Positions 16,520 to 23,800 of a stretch of 50,999 nt of DNA are shown here, one piece after another. The position numbers and the translations under genes were made by a program. The notes below the pieces were generated by a model that was not told where the DNA came from, ran no database searches, and saw only the letters and a list, made by a program, of their open reading frames with translations. This DNA comes from an uncultured Planctomycetaceae bacterium (lineage in GTDB: Bacteria; Planctomycetota; Planctomycetia; Planctomycetales; Planctomycetaceae), in NCBI GenBank assembly GCA_937901285.1, contig CALCHI010000240.1:1-50999 (forward strand), given 5' to 3'. Numbering within the stretch: the first letter of the stretch is position 1; every line of letters begins with the position of its first letter.

Positions 16520-17496
16520 GTTGACTCCCGCTCGCCCGGTGACACCGGGCTCGTTTCAATTGTCCCCGGGCGGACCGGGGTGAAGACGTTCAGCATACCA
16601 TGCCATCTGCCCGAGTTGTCATGTCGCAACGAGACGACCACGGTCCGGCCGGAGGGGTGTTGCCAGCGGGCGGTCCAGCCCTCGCGGTGCCGGGACGGCG
16701 GAGATGTCATTGTCCAGCCGTCGTCGTGCAGTTCGCGTTCGAAATGTTCCCACCAGCCATCCGGCCCCGGTGATCCGGTGAAGACCACCAGTCGCTCGGG
16801 GTCGCCGTCGCCGACGGCCAGCAGCCTGCGGCAGTCGGCCGGCAGCTCGACCGGTTCCGCCGCCACGTCACCGGCCGCGGCAAATGTCCAGGTCACCCAT
16901 TCGTCCCGGGGCGTGCGGGTGGCCAGTCCCCAGCCAACAACCCGCCGTTGGCCCAGCAGTTGGCGGACCGCCACGACCATCGGCAGCGGACCCTCGAGTC
17001 GATGCAGCGAGGTGGCGGCCTGTGACGGGCCGGGGCCCGGATTCGATTCACGACCGGCCAGGACTTTCAGCAGTTGCTGCTCAGCCTCGTCGGCGTCCGT
17101 CTCGGGCCACCCCGCCGTTTCGGCCGTGGCGCGAGTGGAACTCTCGAGCGCCCGCCAGGCCACCGCGCGATCACCGACCAGTCGCCGGCGATGGATCGTC
17201 GTTGCCAGTTCCCCAAGTTGAAGGTCATCGGGCTCGGTCCAGGCCGTGCCCGCTCCGGTGACGCCGTCGGCATTCGGGGTCGATTCGAGTCCCGGCTCGT
17301 TCCACCAGGAGGTCAACTGGCGTCCCAGCGCCAGCCCGACAACCAGCAGCATGCCGACCGCCAGCAGGTCGGTGGCACGCCGGCGGTACCTCCTGGCCAA
17401 CTCGCCGATTCCACCGGTCGCGGCGGATTCCGAAGACGCCGACAGGCCGTCGGCCGCCGGGGCGTCGTGATCGGGATGGTTGGTCTGGTCGGACAC
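16516..17496 (-). CDS. Hypothetical single-pass membrane protein (Trp-rich periplasmic domain), Tad-operon orphan
   Basis: 326 aa. GTG start. TM helix LLAVGMLLVVGLALG. No recognisable motif. Translationally coupled (ATGA 16516-16519) to cpaB. Confidence 0.6.
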   Translation of the reverse strand: MSDQTNHPDHDAPAADGLSASSESAATGGIGELARRYRRRATDLLAVGMLLVVGLALGRQLTSWWNEPGLESTPNADGVTGAGTAWTEPDDLQLGELATTIHRRRLVGDRAVAWRALESSTRATAETAGWPETDADEAEQQLLKVLAGRESNPGPGPSQAATSLHRLEGPLPMVVAVRQLLGQRRVVGWGLATRTPRDEWVTWTFAAAGDVAAEPVELPADCRRLLAVGDGDPERLVVFTGSPGPDGWWEHFERELHDDGWTMTSPPSRHREGWTARWQHPSGRTVVVSLRHDNSGRWHGMLNVFTPVRPGTIETSPVSPGEREST

Positions 17497-17511
17497 GGCG
17501 GATGCGAGGGG

Positions 17512-18513
17512 CTAGTTCAGCAGGGTTGATTCGAAAGATTCCAACTGCTGGATCAGGGGAATGTAGGCGGCGTCGGATTGTCCGTTCATCCGGGCCCGCT
17601 CGGCCAACTCGCGATACATTCTCAGGAAATCCCGCGTCAACGCGCCGGGGATGCCGGCCTGGTTGAGGTTTCCTCTTGGTCGTGCACGGCCCTGGATCTG
17701 TTCGACCAGCCGGTCGGTGAACCTCGAGAGGTCCGCGCGGTCACTGGTTCGGGCATTGCGCGGAGGACGGGGGTAATAGTCGCGGTTGGCCAATTCGCCG
17801 TCGCGATCAAAAAGGTCCATCCCGCGACGGTTCAGGCCAACACGTAATGCGGTGGCCAGTTGACGAAAACGGGCGGTGTGAACCGCCGTCACGTTCTGCC
17901 AGCGTCCGGCCAGGTCGGGATAGAGACGCAGCGAGCGGCGGGAATCATTCGACGACAGCCCCATCTGCCAGAACTGCCAGCAATTGTCGAGGACGGGAAA
18001 GTCCACCTCGTGCCGGTAGCCTTTTGGCGGCAATTGTCCCAGGACGGGGAAGCCCCGTTCGACAGAGGCCTGCCCGGTGATCATTCCCCGGCGGACGTCC
18101 AGCAGGTCCTGGTCGACCCGCAATCCGCGGCCGGATCGTGGGTCGATCAGCATCGGGCCGCGGGCGACCGTGTGCTGATCGTAGAGGGCCAGTTGGATTG
18201 TTGGCATCGAGATGCACGGCACGTGGGATCGATCGACGCTCATCCGGGCGGGTGCCGGGAACCCGGGCGGATTGGGCATGTCCTGCGCGTCTGTACGAGG
18301 GTTGGCCCGCCAGATCGATCTCCACGCGGCCTCGCGGGCATGGATCTGGGTGCGGACCTTGAAGGTGGCGGCCCAGCCGATGAGGATCATCAGTCCCATG
18401 ACGAACAACACCACCGGCAGGCTGAGCACCAGTTCGAGTGGCGCCAGGCCGCGACGGCCGGACCGCTTGCCGGGGACAGCCCGGTCGCGCGTCGTTGTCC
18501 GATAGGCCTGCAT
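17512..18513 (-). CDS. TadE-like pseudopilin-family protein (large)
   Basis: 333 aa. N-terminus GRRGLAPLELVLSLPVVLFVMGLMIL matches the TadE-type hydrophobic leader (G-x-x-x-x-E followed by a hydrophobic helix). Confidence 0.6.
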   Translation of the reverse strand: MQAYRTTTRDRAVPGKRSGRRGLAPLELVLSLPVVLFVMGLMILIGWAATFKVRTQIHAREAAWRSIWRANPRTDAQDMPNPPGFPAPARMSVDRSHVPCISMPTIQLALYDQHTVARGPMLIDPRSGRGLRVDQDLLDVRRGMITGQASVERGFPVLGQLPPKGYRHEVDFPVLDNCWQFWQMGLSSNDSRRSLRLYPDLAGRWQNVTAVHTARFRQLATALRVGLNRRGMDLFDRDGELANRDYYPRPPRNARTSDRADLSRFTDRLVEQIQGRARPRGNLNQAGIPGALTRDFLRMYRELAERARMNGQSDAAYIPLIQQLESFESTLLN

Positions 18514-18523
18514 GCGGGGGATC

Positions 18524-20062
18524 TCAGTGACTGACCAAATTGTCGAGTGTTTCGCTGGTGATTCTCGCGAACGGGCCGCTGCGCAGCGTTCCGGCCCGGG
18601 GGTCGAGTCCCGAGGGTGAACGAGCCAGGATCTGCTGCAACTCCGGCAGCGAGGCGGGCATGATCCGCGTGGTCCAGTTCTGGCTCATCAGGTCCCATCG
18701 CTGCGGCCAGTTTTCGCGGTATGGGATCGGACGCCATCCGGTGATCTCGCGAGTCTCGGGATCACGGATCGGCACCCAGCGGACCCAGGATCCATTGACC
18801 CGGACAAATCGGGGTTCGGGCAGGTAGACCTGCAGTTGGGCGAACGACTGCGCGTCCGAAAAATCTGAGAGGGGGTTCTTGAACAGCCCTGGACCCATCT
18901 CTTCAATATGCCGGCGATAGACGACGGCCAGCAGGTGGTAGTCACGATTGAGGTGCATGTTCACCTGCCGCCATCCCCCCGATTCCTGCATCTGTTTCAT
19001 CCGGCCCGGATGCGTTCCGTTGTTCATTCGGCGAATCTGGAAGGGGAGATTGTTTAGCGGGTATTCCCGGATGAGCAGGCGGTCGAGTTGTCCGCGTGTG
19101 GCGATCCGCCACAGGTCGCCGAAGCGGGACATGCGGGCATCGCGGTCGAACAGTTCGAGCTTCTGGTTGTTCCAGAGTTCGAGGTAATGATTGGCGAGAT
19201 CACTACGCTGCTTGACGGCGTCCTCGAAGTACTCCTGGCCGTGTCCGGCCGCTCCGAAGTCCGATCCGGTCGGCGAAGGATCGATGGCCGGCACGGTTCT
19301 CAGCAGAGGATGGGCCTCGGAGGCTTCGCCGATGGCCTGGGTGTTGGACCGGAACAGCACGCAGGCCGGCACATCGCCGGGCTGAAGGCTGCGGCTGACC
19401 AGGTTGGGATTCGACGGATCGTGACGTGCGGGATTGGTTGGCCGGGCGTGTCGTCGAACCGTTTCCCGTGCCGCGGAGACCGCCAGGTGGGGAACGGTTT
19501 CGACCAGCGTCCGCTGGTACTCGGGAATCAACTCGTACTCGAGTACGGACTCGAATATCGGCAGGAAATGGGCCGCTGCCGCGGCGTGCTCGTCACCGAA
19601 TGCTGCGACCGCTCGTTGTTCGAAGGGGATTCGCTGGACGACCGCTTGGCCGGCAGGGGGAAACTTGGCGAAGGTGGCCTGCAGCAGGTCGCCGCCGGCC
19701 AGGCCCCAGGCCTGCAGGATCTTCGGCACCTGGGCCTCGGCATTCCGCTGCTGGCCCTCGCGGAGGTAGGCGGTGATCGCGAAGACCTCGCACAGCAGGT
19801 GGTTGGTGTGGGCGAGTCCGTTGAGTCCACGGGCCAGCATCACCCCGCCGGTGACGGCGGCCGAGTCGGCGGCATTCTGCATCTTGAGCTTGTCGTCGGC
19901 GTGACGGCCGACGTTGGTGATCATCACCAGCAGCATGGTGAACACCAGCAGCACCAGCAGGGTCACGATGCTGATCGTGCCACGTTGGTCACCGTGCAGG
20001 CGACCGAGTCGAACCCGAAGCCGCGAGCGGATCCGGTGGCTGGGCTGGTTATCGGTTGGCAT
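18524..20062 (-). CDS. TadG-like (Tad N-terminal domain) pilus assembly protein
   Basis: ORF 18524..20188. I prefer ATG at 20062 (MPTDNQPSH...), which reduces the overlap with the upstream gene to 14 nt. RGTISIVTLLVLLVFTMLLVMITNVGRHADDKLKMQNAADSAAVTGGVMLARG matches the TadG/Tad_N pattern. Confidence 0.7.
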   Translation of the reverse strand: MPTDNQPSHRIRSRLRVRLGRLHGDQRGTISIVTLLVLLVFTMLLVMITNVGRHADDKLKMQNAADSAAVTGGVMLARGLNGLAHTNHLLCEVFAITAYLREGQQRNAEAQVPKILQAWGLAGGDLLQATFAKFPPAGQAVVQRIPFEQRAVAAFGDEHAAAAAHFLPIFESVLEYELIPEYQRTLVETVPHLAVSAARETVRRHARPTNPARHDPSNPNLVSRSLQPGDVPACVLFRSNTQAIGEASEAHPLLRTVPAIDPSPTGSDFGAAGHGQEYFEDAVKQRSDLANHYLELWNNQKLELFDRDARMSRFGDLWRIATRGQLDRLLIREYPLNNLPFQIRRMNNGTHPGRMKQMQESGGWRQVNMHLNRDYHLLAVVYRRHIEEMGPGLFKNPLSDFSDAQSFAQLQVYLPEPRFVRVNGSWVRWVPIRDPETREITGWRPIPYRENWPQRWDLMSQNWTTRIMPASLPELQQILARSPSGLDPRAGTLRSGPFARITSETLDNLVSH

Positions 20063-21149
20063 TGAAGGCGTGCACGTAGGGGACCAGGGACTTGACGCCG
20101 TCGTTGGTGACGGTGGCCCGGGCCCAGATGGTGGTGGTGTAAACGCGGTTGTTGTATTTCGGGTCGTGGGGTGACGAGTCACCGTCACGGGCTTCTCCGC
20201 TTTGCGGATCGATCTGGCGTCGGGGGCCGGCCCACTTGTTGATCCGGTGGCTGACCAAATCGGGTGGGCCGCCGGGACGGACGAGAAACTTGGCCAGGAA
20301 CCGGCCCGGACCGGGCAACAGGGCGAGGTTGTGCCGCACGGTCACGGTGATCGGGTCCCGCCAACCGATTTCGTTGGGCAGGTTCGTATGGGTCGGATGG
20401 TTGAGCGGGTTGTGGGTGGGGCCGATGTGGGAGTTGAGGTTCTGAAACCGGATCCAGATCTCGGTGTTCCAGTAGCTGTAGCAGAACTTGTTGTAGAGCC
20501 GGGCGTCGGTGGAGGGGGTCACTTCGGGGCCGGCGAACTGTTGCCAGGCTGTCTGTATGGCCAGGAAGTGACTGCGGGCGTCGGACTGGATGTCGAGTCC
20601 AAGATGACGTGAGGGCGAGATGGTGGCACAGGCGGTCACCGCCGTGCGGTGCGGGTACTCGAGCTTGAGCATGTTCTCGGCGGAGTTGACGTCGGCATTT
20701 TCGGTGAGACCGTCAATCCGAGTGCCACCGATGAAGTTGTAGCCACGACTTTTTCCGGGCCGCAGTTCGGGGGCGCGGATCATGTTCTGGAAGTGAACCT
20801 CCTCGCCGAACGGGTCGGTCGAATCGTCGCCTTCGACCTCGGTGACATGCTGGGGCACCCAGGCCGCGATGCTACGGGCAGCGCCGTAGGCGGCGTAGTT
20901 GATCACCACCTGGGCGATCATCAACTGGCTGACCTGGACGACGAACATCACGAGCATCACGAAGATCGGCAGCGTCAGCACGAACGAGAGACTCTGTACT
21001 CCGCCACGCTGGCAACGGTGCAACTGGACCAGCCGCCGCAGGTCGAAGCGGCAGCCGCTGGCCCGGATCACCACGATCAATGCCAGCACCGCCGCGGCCA
21101 GCGCGAACAGAGCGGGTCGGCAGTCGTCGAGGATCACTCGCAGTGCCAT
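20049..21149 (-). CDS. TadE-like pseudopilin-family protein (large)
   Basis: 366 aa. The TadE-type segment QRGGVQSLSFVLTLPIFVMLVMFVV starts near aa 48. An alternative TTG start at 21023 would put it at the N-terminus, as in typical TadE. Confidence 0.6.
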   Translation of the reverse strand: MALRVILDDCRPALFALAAAVLALIVVIRASGCRFDLRRLVQLHRCQRGGVQSLSFVLTLPIFVMLVMFVVQVSQLMIAQVVINYAAYGAARSIAAWVPQHVTEVEGDDSTDPFGEEVHFQNMIRAPELRPGKSRGYNFIGGTRIDGLTENADVNSAENMLKLEYPHRTAVTACATISPSRHLGLDIQSDARSHFLAIQTAWQQFAGPEVTPSTDARLYNKFCYSYWNTEIWIRFQNLNSHIGPTHNPLNHPTHTNLPNEIGWRDPITVTVRHNLALLPGPGRFLAKFLVRPGGPPDLVSHRINKWAGPRRQIDPQSGEARDGDSSPHDPKYNNRVYTTTIWARATVTNDGVKSLVPYVHAFNANR

Positions 21150-21192
21150 GTCTTCTGGTCGATCGAAGTGGAACGGATCGGGTGAGGGTGGT

Positions 21193-21756
21193 TCAGATGT
21201 AGTCTCGCAGCGACTCGGCGGCCCCGGTGAGAGTCATCAGCACGCCGGCCAGGGCCGAGGGGGCCAGGAACAGGGATCTCTTCAACGGTTCGCGTTCGGT
21301 CGTCTCCAGCGGGACCCAGCCTCGCGAGCGGATGACCAGTGCCAGGTGACGAGCGGTGCCGACCAGGATGCGGCCGGCTCCGATCTGCCAGATCAGCATC
21401 GCCAGCCCGGTGACTCCGCCGAGCACAATCGTCCACAGCAATGCTGTCAGTCCGTGTTGCAGTCCCAGGAACGCCCCGACGGTGGCCAGCAACTTGACGT
21501 CGCCGCCACCCATGTCTGAGAGCAGAAAGCAGGTCAGCATGATGCCTCCACAGCCGACGATTCCGAGAAGGCTCTCGGTCAGGCCGGTCGTATCGAGTTC
21601 CAGGCGGCCCGCCTCTGACAGACGAATGGCTCCGAAGAGCAGCCCGGCGACCAGGCCGGGGTAGGTGATCCAGTTGAAGATGCGGCCTCTCAGGACGTCG
21701 GTCACCGAGGCGACCAGTAACAGGCCCACCAGGACGATTTGTGATAACTCCGGCAT
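21193..21756 (-). CDS. cpaA: A24-family prepilin peptidase, CpaA/TadV-like
   Basis: ORF 21193..21801. I prefer ATG at 21756. Two catalytic-Asp contexts: ASVTDVLRGRIFNW and GGGDVKLLATVGAFLG. Polytopic membrane protein. Confidence 0.8.
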   Translation of the reverse strand: MPELSQIVLVGLLLVASVTDVLRGRIFNWITYPGLVAGLLFGAIRLSEAGRLELDTTGLTESLLGIVGCGGIMLTCFLLSDMGGGDVKLLATVGAFLGLQHGLTALLWTIVLGGVTGLAMLIWQIGAGRILVGTARHLALVIRSRGWVPLETTEREPLKRSLFLAPSALAGVLMTLTGAAESLRDYI

Positions 21757-21814
21757 GGACGAAGCACTCTCCACGACGGCCCGCCCGACCCGTCGGCCCA
21801 CCGAACGGGACGAT

Positions 21815-22036
21815 CTAGCGAACCGCTTCGTCGGTGCTCTGTTCCAGCGATTGCAGGCCCTTGTCGAAATAGTTGCGGATTGCCGGCCAGCCGAACTTGA
21901 TGATCACGATCAACACCGGCAATGCGATAGCCGCGATGATCAGCACGGTTTCAAGTGTCAACGCTCCACGTTCGTCACGGTGCAGCCTCCGCAGCATACG
22001 CCCCGTCCGATTGATGAACGGCTTGATGAATCGCAT
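21815..22036 (-). CDS. flp: Flp-family type IVb pilin precursor
   Basis: 73 aa. Basic leader, then the processing motif ERG|ALTLETVLIIAAIALPVLIVII (Gly, Glu at +5, hydrophobic helix). GAGGAAG SD 6 nt before the ATG. Confidence 0.7.
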   Translation of the reverse strand: MRFIKPFINRTGRMLRRLHRDERGALTLETVLIIAAIALPVLIVIIKFGWPAIRNYFDKGLQSLEQSTDEAVR

Positions 22037-22063
22037 GTCGTCTTCCTCTGTCTGTGTGCTCGG

Positions 22064-22261
22064 CTACACGAAGGGCCAGGCCACCAGTGAGCAGATGATC
22101 TCGTAAACCACGGTGATCGCGTGTCGGCTCATTGGGATCAGCAACGCCGCCATCGCGAAAATGACGGCCAGGACAAGTACGAAGTCCAGAGACGACGCGG
22201 CACGGCGCGACGACACGTGAGCCGTCGGGTCAGTCGCTTCTGTCCGCTTCGCCTGTTGCAC
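22064..22261 (-). CDS. Small hydrophobic protein, possible divergent Flp-like pilin
   Basis: 65 aa with a GTG start. An internal GTG would give MSSRRAASSLDF.... The segment RRA|ASSLDFVLVLAVIFAMAALLI has Asp/Phe where Flp pilins have Glu+5/Tyr+6. It is the first gene of the operon. Weak call. Confidence 0.4.
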   Translation of the reverse strand: MQQAKRTEATDPTAHVSSRRAASSLDFVLVLAVIFAMAALLIPMSRHAITVVYEIICSLVAWPFV

Positions 22262-22357
22262 GTCTGGATCCTAGCTGGCCGGATCGTTTGTCGAATGGCG
22301 GGGCGAACCCGCGGCCACTTCGAGTTCATCGTATCGCGCAATCAGGAACGGATCCAG
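22262..22357. promoter_or_regulatory. Perfect 9-bp inverted repeat pair bracketing the intergenic region upstream of the Tad operon
   Basis: TCTGGATCC at 22262-22270 and GGATCCAGA at 22349-22357. Each contains the palindrome GGATCC. Together they span almost exactly the gap between the stop at 22360 and the start at 22261. Confidence 0.3.
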
Positions 22358-22359
22358 AT

Positions 22360-23778
22360 TCACCCGTATGCAATCCAGCCCCAGTCTTCCATCAGGCGGT
22401 AAAACCACGGGGCCTGGAAGGGATTGGGAGGCGGGGGATATTTTTTCCAGGTGTGCAGCAGTGGGAAGACAGCCGAGACGATCGAGAGCGCGGTCAGGAT
22501 CCAGGCCACCCGCAGCGCCGTACGACCCGACGCAGGGGATTTTGGGTCCTCTCCGGGCGGGGCCGCTCGTGATCCGGTTTCGGACCACGAATCGACCACC
22601 GGGACCAGGGACATCAGCCACAGTGGCACCAGCCACAGCGACCATCGCAACGCACAACTGACCCCGCCGTAGTTGTAGTTCTGGGTTCGGGTCAGGTAGA
22701 AGCCCAGTACCACGGTGGTCAACAGTCCGGTCCACGCGGTCAATCGCACCAGTGGAGATCCCTCCCGGCGGACCCGATTCGAGATCGTCAGCAGGCCGAT
22801 CAGGAAGACGGGCGAGAGAGAGAAAATGCCGTGGTGGCCGACCAGGCAGTGCAGCAGGTAGACCGCCGGCGAATCGTTTCCCTTGTCGATCCCCAGCGGG
22901 TTGAGCCAGTAGCTCTGCTGGCCATCAACCGTCCAGAGATACTTTTCGGTGCCGTAGTAGGCGTAGAATGGTTTCCAGCCTCCGGTGGCGATCACGTTGG
23001 TTCCGATGAACGCCACGGCCACGAGTGCGACTGCCGGCAGGAAAAACATCAGGGTGCGGCGGCGGTCGGTTCCGAACAGCAACCAGCCGGCGACCGCCAC
23101 CAGGGACGCAGCTGGCAGATCATTGGCCGCGGCCCAGCCCGCGAACAACCCGGCGAAAATGAAGTGCCGGGGGCAGAGGTCTCCGTCGACGGTGACCCGC
23201 AGCACGGCGGCCACGACGAACACGACGGCCGTGGCGGCAACCGTGTGGTTGTTCAGTGCCACCAGGAACGGCAGCAGCAGTGTCCCGACCGACGCGGTGA
23301 CCAGGACCAGCACGCGAGTCGAGCGGTGCCGGGCGTAGCGATCGAGCATCCGGGCCAGCACCACCAGGGCGATGGTCCACGGCAGCCAGTTGACCAGCAT
23401 CAGGATCAAACGGGAGACGGTTTCGGTCTGGTCGAGGAGGTTCCAGCCGGTTGCTCCGCGGATTCCGGCATAGACTCCGGCGACCAGCGTGGGCAACAGG
23501 GGCGGCTTGCTGGAGTAGAAGTGGCCGTCGTGGCGGACCTTGTCGATCGTGCGGAACCTTAGACGCCGCTTGCCCGAGGGCTTGTGGAGCACTTTCCGGG
23601 AGTCGATCTCGTCGATGCGGTATGTGCCACGTTCAACCAGTGACCAGACGGTGGCCCAACGCGACCGGTCGTTGGCGCTCAGGCAACTCTCGGCCCGACC
23701 AATCGCCAGGGCGGCAACCAGGGATCCCAGCCCGACGAGTCCCCAGCGGACCGTGGGGCTCAGTGGAGGATCGGACAC
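22360..23778 (-). CDS. Polytopic membrane protein (possible GT-C-fold glycosyltransferase-like)
   Basis: 472 aa with more than 10 predicted hydrophobic helices and an early loop containing RIDEIDS...FYSSKPPLLP. The function guess rests on topology only. Confidence 0.6.
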   Translation of the reverse strand: MSDPPLSPTVRWGLVGLGSLVAALAIGRAESCLSANDRSRWATVWSLVERGTYRIDEIDSRKVLHKPSGKRRLRFRTIDKVRHDGHFYSSKPPLLPTLVAGVYAGIRGATGWNLLDQTETVSRLILMLVNWLPWTIALVVLARMLDRYARHRSTRVLVLVTASVGTLLLPFLVALNNHTVAATAVVFVVAAVLRVTVDGDLCPRHFIFAGLFAGWAAANDLPAASLVAVAGWLLFGTDRRRTLMFFLPAVALVAVAFIGTNVIATGGWKPFYAYYGTEKYLWTVDGQQSYWLNPLGIDKGNDSPAVYLLHCLVGHHGIFSLSPVFLIGLLTISNRVRREGSPLVRLTAWTGLLTTVVLGFYLTRTQNYNYGGVSCALRWSLWLVPLWLMSLVPVVDSWSETGSRAAPPGEDPKSPASGRTALRVAWILTALSIVSAVFPLLHTWKKYPPPPNPFQAPWFYRLMEDWGWIAYG

Positions 23779-23800
23779 CGGCGGCTCCTGGACGGCGGGT

